Position numbers and translations under genes: made by a program. Positions 1 to 10,139 of a stretch of 64,000 nucleotides of DNA are shown in pieces. Origin of the DNA: Ethanoligenens sp. (GTDB lineage Bacteria; Bacillota; Clostridia; Oscillospirales; Ethanoligenentaceae); the NCBI GenBank assembly GCA_047722935.1, contig JBDNZS010000010.1:2108-66107 (forward strand), read 5' to 3'. Positions within the stretch are counted from its first letter, which is position 1, and each line of letters opens with the position of its first letter. The notes beneath the pieces were generated by a model. It was not told the DNA's origin and ran no database searches. It saw nothing but the letters and a program-made list of their open reading frames with translations.

Positions 1-590
1 ACGATTATACCGATGGCTTGGCGCTCAAAGCAATTGAGATTGTCTTTAAATATCTGCCCCGCGCATATGCAGATGGTGCGAAAGATGCGGAAGCACGCAT
101 GAAGATGCACAATGCTTCCTGCATGGCTGGTATGGCGTTTACCAACGCATTCCTCGGCTTGAACCACTCGATGGCTCATAAACTCGGTGGCGAGTACCAC
201 ATCCCGCACGGACGCGCAAATGCTATCCTTCTCCCCTACGTTGTTGCGTACAATGGCCAACCGAAACCGACGAAATATGCAATTTGGCCAAAATATGAGA
301 CCTATATTGCACCGCAGCGTTTCCAAGAAATCGCTCGTCACGTTGGTCTGAAAGCAAGTACTCCAGAAGAAGGCGTGGCTTCCCTCGTGAAAGCCATCCG
401 CGATTTGATGAAGACTGTGAACGAACCAATGAGCATCCAAGCAACTGGTGTGCCTGAAAATGTATTTTTGGCGAACTTGGATTCTCTTTCTGACAAAGCG
501 TTCTCCGATCAGTGCACAGGTGCTAACCCACGCCTGCCGCTTGTCAGCGAGATTGCCGAGCTTTATAAAGCTGCATATTACGGCAAATAA
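1..590 (+). CDS. Iron-containing alcohol dehydrogenase, C-terminal part (AdhE-type Fe-ADH domain); 5' end outside window
   Basis: The frame is open from the window edge to the stop at 588-590. The translation carries the Fe-ADH metal-site region LGLNHSMAHKLGGEYHIPHGRANAILLPYV. A terminator hairpin follows. Confidence 0.85.
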   Translation, partial: DYTDGLALKAIEIVFKYLPRAYADGAKDAEARMKMHNASCMAGMAFTNAFLGLNHSMAHKLGGEYHIPHGRANAILLPYVVAYNGQPKPTKYAIWPKYETYIAPQRFQEIARHVGLKASTPEEGVASLVKAIRDLMKTVNEPMSIQATGVPENVFLANLDSLSDKAFSDQCTGANPRLPLVSEIAELYKAAYYGK

Positions 591-644
591 TTTCCTCATA
601 ATCAACCCTGCTTATAGTGTGGGGTATGCATAACTTTTAAAAAA

Positions 645-681
645 CACGAGTCAGCGTTTAAAACGTTGGCTCGTGTTTTTT
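645..681 (+). terminator. Rho-independent terminator after the alcohol dehydrogenase gene
   Basis: cacgagtcagcgtt / aacgttggctcgtg forms a 14-bp stem with two G-U pairs and a 3-nt loop, followed by TTTTTT. Confidence 0.8.
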
Positions 682-827
682 ATTGAATATTTTGGAGATT
701 GCGACAACATATTGTTCTGAGCAATCCTTCTTTATGTGAAAACAACATAATTTTCGGGTTGTGAATTCTTTTATATCGCCAGCCCTTTTTTTAAATCGTC
801 GATTGTGTTAGAATAAACGGCGAAAGT

Positions 828-2246
828 GTGGCGAATCTTGTGCAAACAAAGAAATATCCATTTCTAAAATCTCGCATTTATCTGCGTAGTTTACTCCGAC
901 GGCACCTGTCCGGAGATTTTCTGGATTATCGACAGGTCATTGCTATTATTCTTCCTATCATGGTCGATCAGGCATTCGTATTCGGCAGCAATCTCATTAA
1001 CACCGCCATGATTAGTTCCACCGGCGTAGCAGCGGTCAGTGCTGTCAACATGGTGGACTCCATCAATATTTTTTTGGTTTCCGTATTTGTTGCAGTTTCC
1101 ACCGGTGGCACCGTGGTCGTCGCCCAATACAAGGGGCGGGGCGACAACGCAATGGTTTCCAAATCCGCCGCCGGTTCGGTCACATCGGTTTTCCTGTTTG
1201 CATTGGTCATCAGCACGCTGTTTCTGGTGCTGCATGGGCCAGTGCTTTCGGTGTTGTTTGGCACAGCCGCCCCCGATGTCATGGCGAATGCGCGCATCTA
1301 TTTTATCGGGAGCTGCCTGTCCTACTGCGGGATTGCGGCGGAAGAAAGCGTGTGCGGCGCATTGAGAGGAATTGGGGAATCGCGCAGTGCACTTTCCCTA
1401 TCACTCATTATGAATCTCTCATATGTTGGCTTTAACTTGTTATTTATCAACGCGCTGCATCTCGGCGTGCTCGGCATGTCGATTTCCGTCAATCTTTCCC
1501 GTTATCTGGGAGCAGCCTGTGCACTGTTTTATCTCATACGAATCAATTTGTCTCTGCGATTCCGCTGGCAGGATATGTTCCATGTCCAGTTTGCACTGGC
1601 AAGACGCATTCTGTTTATCGGTATTCCGTTTGCCGCAGAACAAATGTTTTTCAACGGTGGTAAAATCTTGACCCAGATTTTCATTGTTGGGTTAGGGACG
1701 TATTCCATCGCGGTAAATGCCATCTGTAACTCCGTGTTAGGCGTTATACAGATTCCCGGGAACGCGTTGCTGCTTTCCATTGTGACCGTGGTTGGACAGT
1801 GTATCGGCTACGGCAGTTTGAAAGACGCCAAAAAGTTTATCCGCAACTTTCTCTGGATTTCGTCAGCCTCCTATATTTTTACGGATATACTTACTATCCC
1901 CATACTGGCATCCATGTCCGTTCTGTTTCACGCGCCAGCGGCGATATTGCCTACAATCTCGCTCATCCTGTTTGTCAACGCAATTGCACAGATTCCAGCG
2001 TGGTCGCTCAGTTTTGTGCTGCCCTCGGCGTTGCGTGCAGCAGGCGACTCGAAATTCACATCAATCGTATCCATGCTCTCCATGTGGCTGTTTCGCCTTG
2101 GCGTCGGACTCCTGCTCGGGTTCGTGCTGAAACTTGGGATTGCAGGGTTCTGGTTTGCAATGGATGCCGAATGGTTTGTACGCGGTATTATCTTCCTGCG
2201 CCGGTTCCGGGGAAACAAGTGGTATGCACATCATGTGATTGATTGA
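828..2246 (+). CDS. MATE family efflux transporter
   Basis: 472-aa polytopic membrane protein of about 12 helices with a MATE-like duplicated architecture. The GTG start is taken from the ORF track and the start is uncertain. Confidence 0.8.
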   Translation: MANLVQTKKYPFLKSRIYLRSLLRRHLSGDFLDYRQVIAIILPIMVDQAFVFGSNLINTAMISSTGVAAVSAVNMVDSINIFLVSVFVAVSTGGTVVVAQYKGRGDNAMVSKSAAGSVTSVFLFALVISTLFLVLHGPVLSVLFGTAAPDVMANARIYFIGSCLSYCGIAAEESVCGALRGIGESRSALSLSLIMNLSYVGFNLLFINALHLGVLGMSISVNLSRYLGAACALFYLIRINLSLRFRWQDMFHVQFALARRILFIGIPFAAEQMFFNGGKILTQIFIVGLGTYSIAVNAICNSVLGVIQIPGNALLLSIVTVVGQCIGYGSLKDAKKFIRNFLWISSASYIFTDILTIPILASMSVLFHAPAAILPTISLILFVNAIAQIPAWSLSFVLPSALRAAGDSKFTSIVSMLSMWLFRLGVGLLLGFVLKLGIAGFWFAMDAEWFVRGIIFLRRFRGNKWYAHHVID

Positions 2247-2287
2247 ACGATCATGCATGACGGAAGGCGCCATACCATTCAGTACGT

Positions 2288-2749
2288 TTACACAGGCCGC
2301 TCTTTCTGATAATACACCAGTGTCAAACGGTCGTTTACGACCTCCGTCTCGCCAGTCAGCCGATAACCGGACTTTTCATAGCAACGGCGGTTGAACGGCA
2401 AATCCTTCGGACAATCCAGCGTCCATCTTTGGACATTTCCATGCAGTTGCTCCGCCATTGCCAGTGCAGCCTGCCCGAGGCCTTTTCCTTGAAACATTGG
2501 CAGAACATACAATATTCCAACGTGATACCAGTTGTGTTCTCTTTTGATCAAGAACAATCCCCCAACACGCCTTTTATTCCAGACAATAGCATAATAGAAC
2601 CCGTGCTCATATTGAATACGCAAGCACATCTGTTCAATGGACTGTTTATAAGGACTCTTGATATCCCGATACCGTTGATAATGTGCAGCAAAGCACTTCC
2701 TTTGCATGCGGAACATCTCTTCCGCATCTGCTGCACCCACTTTGATCAA
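2288..2749 (-). CDS. GNAT family N-acetyltransferase
   Basis: 153 aa with the acetyl-CoA-binding motif LPMFQGKGLGQAAL, typical of GNAT motif A. Confidence 0.85.
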   Translation of the reverse strand: MIKVGAADAEEMFRMQRKCFAAHYQRYRDIKSPYKQSIEQMCLRIQYEHGFYYAIVWNKRRVGGLFLIKREHNWYHVGILYVLPMFQGKGLGQAALAMAEQLHGNVQRWTLDCPKDLPFNRRCYEKSGYRLTGETEVVNDRLTLVYYQKERPV

Positions 2750-2807
2750 ATGAAGATTGAATGCCGCACCCCCTCATGCCGGCATAAACATTTTTTAAAA
2801 AAGCGTT

Positions 2808-3647
2808 CTATTCCCCGTATTCATCCAAAAAGCTGTGGCGTTTGCCGTTTTGCCGCCAGCCGATGATGGCATCCAGATTGACATTGTGCATACTGCGGAA
2901 GATGTTCATGTCGATAACCGGGCTGGTCTGTCGGAATTGCTTGACAAGCGCTTTCATTTCCTGCCGTTTGGAACCGCCGCCGTTATCGCCCAGCACACAA
3001 TTCTCTGTAAAGCGGCAGGCACATTGAATAAAAGACAGCGCATTATACTGCCGCCACGCGATGATATCGGCTTCCCGCACCATGTACATCGGGCGTATGA
3101 GTTCCATACCCGGAAAATGTGCGCTGTGCAGTTTGGGCATCATGGTCTTCAGTTCGCCGCTGTACAGCATACTCATCAGCACGGTTTCAATCGCATCGTC
3201 AAAATGGTGCGCCAGTGCAATTTTATTACAGCCCAGATCCTGCGCCTGTTTGTACAGGTGACCGCGCCGCATTTTGGCGCAAAGGTAACAGGGCGATGTG
3301 TCCACTTCCGCCACAATATCAAAAATCTGCGTTTCAAACAGATGAATCGGAATCTGCATGGCGTCCGCGTTGTCCAATATGCGCTGGCGATTGATGGCGT
3401 TGTATCCAGGATCCATCACCAGATATTCCGCAGTGAACGGCACTTCGCTGTGGCGGGCAAGCAATTGAAAACATTTTGCCATGCACATGGAATCCTTGCC
3501 ACCCGAAATACAGACGGCCACGTGATCGCCCTCTTGAATCAGATTGTATTCCTTGATGCTTTGTATAAATCGAATCCAGATTTCTTTGCGGTATTTTTTC
3601 TGAATGCTTCGCTCGACTTGTTCGTAAAATTCCATGGTTTTGACCAT
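2808..3647 (-). CDS. ttcA: TtcA-family tRNA 2-thiolation ATP pyrophosphatase (PP-loop)
   Basis: PP-loop SGGKDS is present, with Cys pairs PCYLCAKMRRG and QCACRF..NC. It lies immediately downstream of a cysteine desulfurase. Confidence 0.8.
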   Translation of the reverse strand: MVKTMEFYEQVERSIQKKYRKEIWIRFIQSIKEYNLIQEGDHVAVCISGGKDSMCMAKCFQLLARHSEVPFTAEYLVMDPGYNAINRQRILDNADAMQIPIHLFETQIFDIVAEVDTSPCYLCAKMRRGHLYKQAQDLGCNKIALAHHFDDAIETVLMSMLYSGELKTMMPKLHSAHFPGMELIRPMYMVREADIIAWRQYNALSFIQCACRFTENCVLGDNGGGSKRQEMKALVKQFRQTSPVIDMNIFRSMHNVNLDAIIGWRQNGKRHSFLDEYGE

Positions 3648-3653
3648 TCCTGT

Positions 3654-4775
3654 TTATTGATACAGCGTGCGCTTGCATTTGCCAAACGCCGCCAAAAAGG
3701 CTTCAATTTCTTCCGCGGTGGTAAGATGGCTCAAACTGATACGCAAAGTGGACAGTGCAGCTTTTTTGTCTTTGGTGAGTGCAAAGACGGGACGCGATAC
3801 TGTGCCAGGCGCACAGCAAGCCGATTTGGTGGACAGACATATGTCCTGTTCGGCCAATGCCTGCTGCATTTTTTCTGCACGTACACCCGGCAGGCTGATA
3901 TTCAAAATATAGGGAACAGCGCAAGTCGTGCTGTTGATCCGTATATCCGGGTCAGCCGCCAGTGCCTGGCGAAGCCGCCGATTGAGCGATTCCACATACG
4001 TCATGCGGGTTTCCCGCTCTCGCAGAGCCAATGAAAGCGCCGTTGCCGTCGCGGTGATATGCGGTAAGGCAGGCGTGCCGCTGCGAAACGGTGTAGTGCT
4101 GATACCGCCGTCAATCAGCGGCGTGAGCAACACGGATTCCCGCCGCAAGAGCACACCCGAACCAATCAGTCCATAAAATTTGTGCGGCGCAAAAGTGATG
4201 AGGTCGGCGTCTTTTAGAGAAACAGGCAGCTTGCCCGCCGCCTGTGCCGCATCCACATGGAATACACAGTGCGGATAATCCATCAGAATTTCCTTGATTT
4301 CGGCAACCGGCTGACGCAGTCCAATTTCGCTGTCCACCATACAGACCGAAACCAGTACTGTGTCTTTGCGCAATTTGGCTCTTAAATCTGCCAGATCGAC
4401 CTGACCCTCCGGCGTAAGATTGAGGTATTCGATTTCATAGCCTTCCTGCGCCAGAGCGGCAAGCGCGCCGGTGACCGAAGAATGTTCCAGCCAAGTACTC
4501 AGGATATGCTTGCCGCGCATCCGATACTGATGCGCCGCACCCTTGATGGCGAGATTATTGCTCTCACTTGCACCCGACGTGTAGATAATTTCGGTTTCCT
4601 TCGCGTCCACCAGTGCAGCGATTTCCCGTGTAGCCGCGTCCAAGCGCTCTTTCGCCGTCAGACCGAGCGGATGCGGTGAACTGGAATTCGCCGTATAATC
4701 CCGCGTGGTGTCACAAAAGGTCTGCAAAACTGTTTCATCTGCCGGGGTGTGGGCGGCATAGTCTAAATAAATCAT
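3654..4775 (-). CDS. Cysteine desulfurase (NifS/IscS-like, class V aminotransferase)
   Basis: Contains the PLP-Lys region FAPHKFYGL and the C-terminal active-site Cys region STKSACCAP. I chose the start at MIYLDYAAHTP; its ATG overlaps the pepV stop as ATGA. Confidence 0.9.
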   Translation of the reverse strand: MIYLDYAAHTPADETVLQTFCDTTRDYTANSSSPHPLGLTAKERLDAATREIAALVDAKETEIIYTSGASESNNLAIKGAAHQYRMRGKHILSTWLEHSSVTGALAALAQEGYEIEYLNLTPEGQVDLADLRAKLRKDTVLVSVCMVDSEIGLRQPVAEIKEILMDYPHCVFHVDAAQAAGKLPVSLKDADLITFAPHKFYGLIGSGVLLRRESVLLTPLIDGGISTTPFRSGTPALPHITATATALSLALRERETRMTYVESLNRRLRQALAADPDIRINSTTCAVPYILNISLPGVRAEKMQQALAEQDICLSTKSACCAPGTVSRPVFALTKDKKAALSTLRISLSHLTTAEEIEAFLAAFGKCKRTLYQ

Positions 4776-6184
4776 CCGCCCACTTCTCCGCACAGGTCGA
4801 TTATAGCCTGCGTATATATTTTGGCGGCGGTCAGCAGTTCGTCTACAATGGCGAATTCATCCGCGCCATGCATCCGGTTGTCAGTCTCCGGCATCGAGCA
4901 CCCAAACGCCACGCCGTTTTGAAGCTCATGTACATACGTACCGCCCCCCGTCGCCATGCACTCCCCTTTGCGGCCGGTGTACTGCTCATAGCACTTGAGC
5001 AACGTGCGCACAAACGGCGTATCACCCGGCACATGATGTGCAGATGCAAAATTCTGCCGCAAGCTAAACCCCGCCGTTTCAAATTGCTTTTGCAAGACAT
5101 TCTGCAAGTTTTCTTCAGTTGCGCAAAGTGGCGCGCGGCAGTCAAACACACCGGACATGCCGTTTTCATCCCCATGCAACATGTTCAAGCTGATGGTCAG
5201 TGCTCCGGATGCATCATCTGCCTGTGCTACGCCTGCGGCGTGACCAACCGTATCCCCGTGTGGGAACAGCTTTGCCAGCGCGCACAGTTTGTCTGCACCG
5301 TCGCTTTTTGCCAACGGCAGTGCAGCCAGTAAAGAAAGTAATGCAGTCAACGCATTATTCCCCTGCTCCGGCGTGGACGCGTGAGCGGACTTGCCTTTGG
5401 CGGTGATCTCCACCCCGTCTTTCCCAGAACCGACCGTAAACCGCGCGCCGGTCTGCTCTTCTGCCTGCCTGAGGAAAGGAACCAATTTTTCCGGTGCAAG
5501 GCCTTCCACCACCGCTTTGGCAACGTCGTGCACTACGTTTTCCTTTACGCCTGCATCCATTTGTTTTACGCGCGGCAATGTTTCGTTTCGTGAAAACGTC
5601 GCGGAAAGCGTCCCGACCAACCGCGCTTTTTCGATATTGATCACTGGAAAAGATGCATCCGGCGAAAACGTCATCGGATCTTCCTTTTCCTTGCTATAAT
5701 AATAGGCAATGTCCGCGCTGCCGCATTCCTCATCGGTTCCAACAATCAGGCGCACATTTTTTTGCAAAGATACGCCAAGATCCTTTACCGCTTTCAGAGC
5801 ATAAAGTGCAACAACAGCAGGGCCTTTGTCATCCGACGTACCGCGCCCGTACAATTTTCCGTCCTGAATAACCGGGGCAAATGGCTGCGTGACCGTCCAG
5901 TCGTTCCCCGCCGGCACAACATCCAGATGCGCGAGGATAGCAAGTTGCGTTTGTTTCGTATTGAAATCCACCGTGCCAACATAGTTCTCATAATTTTTGG
6001 TGCGAAATCCCATGCTTTCCGCCAGGTGGAGCATTTCCTCTAGCGCCGCCACCGGGCCCTCACCAAATGGTTTGCCGGGCAGAGCCTCCCCCTTGTCACT
6101 CTTGATGCGCACAACGCGGCATATATCATCGAGCAGCGTCTGCTTCTGCGCCGCAAAATAGTTCTCAATGCGTGATTGTTCCAT
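4772..6184 (-). CDS. pepV: M20 family dipeptidase (PepV/Sapep-like)
   Basis: 470 aa with M20 metal-site motifs AHLDVVP and GRGTSDDKGP, and a C-terminal GGGTY. Confidence 0.85.
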   Translation of the reverse strand: MEQSRIENYFAAQKQTLLDDICRVVRIKSDKGEALPGKPFGEGPVAALEEMLHLAESMGFRTKNYENYVGTVDFNTKQTQLAILAHLDVVPAGNDWTVTQPFAPVIQDGKLYGRGTSDDKGPAVVALYALKAVKDLGVSLQKNVRLIVGTDEECGSADIAYYYSKEKEDPMTFSPDASFPVINIEKARLVGTLSATFSRNETLPRVKQMDAGVKENVVHDVAKAVVEGLAPEKLVPFLRQAEEQTGARFTVGSGKDGVEITAKGKSAHASTPEQGNNALTALLSLLAALPLAKSDGADKLCALAKLFPHGDTVGHAAGVAQADDASGALTISLNMLHGDENGMSGVFDCRAPLCATEENLQNVLQKQFETAGFSLRQNFASAHHVPGDTPFVRTLLKCYEQYTGRKGECMATGGGTYVHELQNGVAFGCSMPETDNRMHGADEFAIVDELLTAAKIYTQAIIDLCGEVGG

Positions 6185-6447
6185 GTGTTTCTCCTGCCTT
6201 CCGCCATATACGCATGGCTATTTCATATCCTTAGTATTATAGACCAAGAACAGGGGTCTTTCAACACCCGAGGACGGACACACAACAAAAAATGCGTGGG
6301 CCAGATGAATATATAGCCGCTTCTGTAGGCAAATCCGAATGTCGGCTTGCCCGCAGGAGCAGCATATGCTATAATAAAATGCAATATTAAGTTGATTTTT
6401 TGCAACTGTATGCGCCAATAAAACGTCAAACCCGCGCGGAGGACAAT

Positions 6448-6951
6448 ATGGTCATTTTGGGGATAGACCCCGGTTACGCTATCGTGGGATATGGTGCGAT
6501 ACGGTACGAACAGAACCGCTATACCGTTCTGGAATACGGCGCCATCCGTACACACGCGAAAACACCTTTTCCCGAGCGGTTGGCGCAGATTCACGATGGA
6601 ATGCGGGAACTCTTTCACGTTTGCAAGCCCGATGCGATGGCGGTAGAAGAGCTTTTTTTTAACACTAACACGACCACGGCCATTGCTGTAGCGGAAGCGC
6701 GAGGCGTGATCGTTCTTTCGGCCGAGCAGGCGCACGTCCCCATTGCGGAATATACGCCATTACAAGTCAAACAGGCAGTTGTGGGCTATGGGCGTGCGGA
6801 AAAGGCACAAGTAATGGAACTGACGCGGATGCTGCTCAACCTGCGCGAAGTGCCAAAGCCAGACGATACCGCAGATGCCTTGGCAATCGCTATCTGTCAC
6901 GCCAACAGCGCAGGCTCCCGCCTGGGCGCGCTCTACCAACAAGGACGGTGA
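6448..6951 (+). CDS. ruvC: Crossover junction endodeoxyribonuclease RuvC
   Basis: Internal Met start gives MVILGIDPGYAIVGYG with a C-terminal DTADALAIAICH. It is followed by ruvA and ruvB. Confidence 0.9.
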   Translation: MVILGIDPGYAIVGYGAIRYEQNRYTVLEYGAIRTHAKTPFPERLAQIHDGMRELFHVCKPDAMAVEELFFNTNTTTAIAVAEARGVIVLSAEQAHVPIAEYTPLQVKQAVVGYGRAEKAQVMELTRMLLNLREVPKPDDTADALAIAICHANSAGSRLGALYQQGR

Positions 6952-6960
6952 CATACGAAC

Positions 6961-7560
6961 TTGATTTATAGTTTAAACGGCACGCTCACCCATACAGAAC
7001 CGGGCGTAGCCGTCATTTCGTGCGGAGGGGTTGGGTTCAAGTGCCTGACCACTTCGAATACATTGAATACGCTCCCGCCACAGGGAAAAGATACTTTTTT
7101 ATACACGCACCTAAACGTGCGGGAGGATGCACTCGACCTGTTTGGTTTTGCCACTGAGCAGGAGTTACACTGTTTTCGGTTACTCATCGGTGTATCCGGT
7201 GTCGGGCCAAAGGCGGCGCTCTCCATTTTGTCGCAAACCACACCCGCACAGTTTGCTTTTTCCGTGGCATCAGGGGATGCCAAAGCGCTTACCCGCGCAC
7301 CGGGTATCGGCAACAAGACCGCCCAGCGTATTGTGCTGGAACTGAAAGATAAAATCAGCGGCGAGCAAGCTGCCTCTTCCCTACTGGAAGGAACACCTGC
7401 ACCGGTCGTTTCCGGCGGCAATGCGGCGGAAGCTGTAAGCGCACTGGTTGTTCTCGGCTATTCCAACGCGGAAGCAATGGGGGCTGTGGGCCAATGTGAT
7501 TCTGCGCTTTCTGTGGAAGATATGATCCGGCAGGCTCTGCGTTTGCTTGCAAGAGCATAA
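6961..7560 (+). CDS. ruvA: Holliday junction branch migration complex subunit RuvA
   Basis: 199 aa with HhH motifs (LIGVSGVGPKAALSIL, LTRAPGIGNKTAQRIVLEL). TTG start. Confidence 0.95.
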   Translation: MIYSLNGTLTHTEPGVAVISCGGVGFKCLTTSNTLNTLPPQGKDTFLYTHLNVREDALDLFGFATEQELHCFRLLIGVSGVGPKAALSILSQTTPAQFAFSVASGDAKALTRAPGIGNKTAQRIVLELKDKISGEQAASSLLEGTPAPVVSGGNAAEAVSALVVLGYSNAEAMGAVGQCDSALSVEDMIRQALRLLARA

Positions 7561-7606
7561 CGACAGCATTTGTGCCGTGTGCACGCATTAGAACAAGGAA
7601 TAAAAC

Positions 7607-8650
7607 ATGGAATCGGATTTTGAGAACCGCATCGTGACACCGGACTATACTGCGGAGGATGCGGAGGCAGAACAAAATTTGCGCCCCCGCACACTGGAAG
7701 ATTATACCGGGCAGGAAAAAGTCAAAGAAAATTTGAAGATTTTCATCGAAGCGGCCAAAAAACGTGGAGAAGCACTCGATCATGTGTTGCTTTACGGCCC
7801 GCCCGGGCTGGGTAAAACCACGCTTGCGGGCGTCATCGCCAATGAAATGGGGGTGAATCTGCGCGTCACCTCCGGCCCAGCCATTGAAAAGCAGGGCGAT
7901 CTGGCCGCGCTGTTGACCAACCTTGCCCCGCACGATATTTTGTTTATCGACGAGGTTCACCGCCTATCGCGCAGTGTGGAAGAAGTGCTCTACCCGGCCA
8001 TGGAAGATTACGCGCTGGACATCATCCTCGGCAAAGGTCCGTCCGCACGCTCCATACGGCTGGATTTACCGCGTTTCACACTTATAGGCGCGACCACGCG
8101 TGCGGGGCAGCTCACTTCCCCTCTGCGCGACAGATTCGGTGTCTTAATGCGTTTGCAGCTTTATACCAGAGAGGAACTGTGCGGCATTATTACCCGCAGT
8201 GCTGGCATTTTGCAAATTGACTGTGATCCGGAAGGCGCACTTGAGATTGCCGGGCGGGCGCGCGGCACGCCGCGTGTCGCCAACCGCCTGCTACGGCGGG
8301 TGCGCGATTTTGCGCAGGTTATGGGAACCGGCGTTATTACGCACAAAGCTGCCAAACTGGCGCTTGACCGGCTGGAGGTTGACGCGCTGGGGTTGGATGC
8401 CACCGACCGTCGGATGCTGCGGGTGCTCATTCAGCACTACGGCGGCGGTCCGGCCGGTCTGGAAACATTGGCGGCGGCGATGGGTGAAGAGGCTGTCACG
8501 CTTGAGGATGTGTGCGAACCCTATTTAATGCAGATCGGCTTCTTGATGCGCACCCCGCGCGGACGGATGGCAACTGCGGCGGCCTATACCCATTTGGGGA
8601 TGAACCCGCCACAAACGCCGCCAGATCCGCAGCAGCAATCCTTTTTATAA
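7607..8650 (+). CDS. ruvB: Holliday junction DNA helicase RuvB
   Basis: Walker [10 protein letters not shown] and Walker [11 protein letters not shown], with a RuvB winged-helix C-terminus. Confidence 0.97.
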   Translation: MESDFENRIVTPDYTAEDAEAEQNLRPRTLEDYTGQEKVKENLKIFIEAAKKRGEALDHVLLYGPPGLGKTTLAGVIANEMGVNLRVTSGPAIEKQGDLAALLTNLAPHDILFIDEVHRLSRSVEEVLYPAMEDYALDIILGKGPSARSIRLDLPRFTLIGATTRAGQLTSPLRDRFGVLMRLQLYTREELCGIITRSAGILQIDCDPEGALEIAGRARGTPRVANRLLRRVRDFAQVMGTGVITHKAAKLALDRLEVDALGLDATDRRMLRVLIQHYGGGPAGLETLAAAMGEEAVTLEDVCEPYLMQIGFLMRTPRGRMATAAAYTHLGMNPPQTPPDPQQQSFL

Positions 8651-8724
8651 GCAAACCGTGGATTTGTAAAAAACACAGCATCTCCAGAGAAAAACAACTG
8701 CATAGAATAAAATAAAGAATGAGC

Positions 8725-8754
8725 GTAACGGGCGTCGTTACCCGTCACCTTTTG
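8725..8754 (+). terminator. Possible weak terminator after ruvB
   Basis: gtaacggg / cccgtcac forms an 8-bp stem with one mismatch and an 8-nt loop, followed by CTTTT. Confidence 0.4.
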
Positions 8755-8781
8755 ATTGCTTGAAAGGCGGTACAACAAAAC

Positions 8782-10134
8782 ATGGGCAGACTTTTTGGAA
8801 CCGACGGTGTGCGCGGCGTAGCCGGCACGGAACTGGACTGTGCACTTGCCATGAACCTCGGCCGCGCGGCGGCTTTGGTGTTAACGGAGGCAATGCATCA
8901 TCGACCGCGCATCCTCATCGGCACCGACACACGCGTTTCAGCGGACATGCTGGAAAGCGCCTTAGCTGCCGGGTTTTGCTCCGTAGGCGCGGATGTTCTC
9001 CTGCTCGGCGTGGTTCCCACTCCGGCGGTAGCCTACCTGGTACAGAAATATGAGGCTGATGCGGGCGCGGTGATTTCCGCCTCGCATAATCCCATGGAAT
9101 ATAACGGAATCAAGTTGTTCAACAGCGAAGGCTATAAGCTGTCGGATGAACTGGAAGAAAAAATCGAAGCCATCCTGCTGGACGGCGCAACGGTTCCTCC
9201 GCAAAAAGACGGCGACGATATTGGGCGAATTTCGCATTCCAAAGACGCTGCCGCCGATTATATCCGCCACTTGCTCGGCCTGGTGGAAACAGATTTTTCA
9301 GGTTTACGTATCGCGGTGGATTGTGCCAACGGCGCGGCCAGTGTGACGGCTCCTTTGCTGTTTGCGGCACTTGGTGCGGAATGTGACATTCTCAGTGCCA
9401 ACCCAAACGGCACCAATATCAACGACCGTTGCGGCTCTACGCATTTAGAACAGCTACAGCAGTTTGTACTGAAAAACCACTGTGATCTGGGCGTAGCGTT
9501 TGACGGAGACGCCGACCGCTGTTTGGCGGTAGATGAGACCGGTTCCATCATCGACGGCGATAAATTAATTGCTATTTTTTCTCATGACATGAAGCAACGG
9601 GGCATCCTGCCGGAGAACACTGCGGTTGTAACAGTCCTCTCTAACCTTGGTTTTTTCCGTTTTGCAGAATCAAACGGCATCCATGTGGAAACTACAAAGG
9701 TCGGCGACCGCTATGTTCTCGAATCTATGCGCGCCCACGGCTACGCAGTTGGCGGTGAGCAGTCCGGACACATTATCTTTTTACATGACGCAACCACCGG
9801 TGATGGCCAATTGACGGCTATTCGACTCATCAACGCGCTCAAAAATGCGGGTTGCAAGGCGTCCGAATTAGCTGCCGTCATGCCAACCTATCCGCAAGTG
9901 ATGGTCAATGTGAAAGTCTGCGCTGACGGTAAGACCCGCCTTTCGGCAGACACGGCAGTTTCCGCCGCTGTTCAGAAGGCGGAAGCGGCTCTGGCCGGCG
10001 ACGGTCGTGTATTGGTACGCGCTTCCGGCACCGAGCCGCTCATCCGCGTGATGGTAGAGGGCAAGGATATCCACACAATCGAAAAACTGGCAGGCAGCAT
10101 CGCCGACATTGTCAAGATCCGAATGGGGGCATAG
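8782..10134 (+). CDS. glmM: Phosphoglucosamine mutase
   Basis: Starts MGRLFGTDGVRG, with the phosphoserine loop SASHNP and the metal loop FDGDADR. Confidence 0.95.
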   Translation: MGRLFGTDGVRGVAGTELDCALAMNLGRAAALVLTEAMHHRPRILIGTDTRVSADMLESALAAGFCSVGADVLLLGVVPTPAVAYLVQKYEADAGAVISASHNPMEYNGIKLFNSEGYKLSDELEEKIEAILLDGATVPPQKDGDDIGRISHSKDAAADYIRHLLGLVETDFSGLRIAVDCANGAASVTAPLLFAALGAECDILSANPNGTNINDRCGSTHLEQLQQFVLKNHCDLGVAFDGDADRCLAVDETGSIIDGDKLIAIFSHDMKQRGILPENTAVVTVLSNLGFFRFAESNGIHVETTKVGDRYVLESMRAHGYAVGGEQSGHIIFLHDATTGDGQLTAIRLINALKNAGCKASELAAVMPTYPQVMVNVKVCADGKTRLSADTAVSAAVQKAEAALAGDGRVLVRASGTEPLIRVMVEGKDIHTIEKLAGSIADIVKIRMGA

Positions 10135-10139
10135 ACAAC

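Noticed and set aside
2835-4034. A 399-aa + strand ORF spanning the ttcA and cysteine desulfurase region.
   Set aside because: It is exactly antisense to two well-supported genes. The translation is Arg/His/Ala/Phe-rich with no motifs, which is typical of shadow ORFs in GC-rich coding DNA.
6241-6262. A LexA (Cheo-box-like) site, GAACAGGGGTCT, in the pepV/ruvC divergent region.
   Set aside because: The second half-site is GTCT rather than GTTC. It is better explained as a small agacc/ggtct hairpin, and it lies about 190 nt from ruvC.
8651-8781. A glmS-type ribozyme or other leader upstream of glmM.
   Set aside because: The ribozyme is associated with glmS, not glmM. The region contains only a weak terminator-like hairpin.
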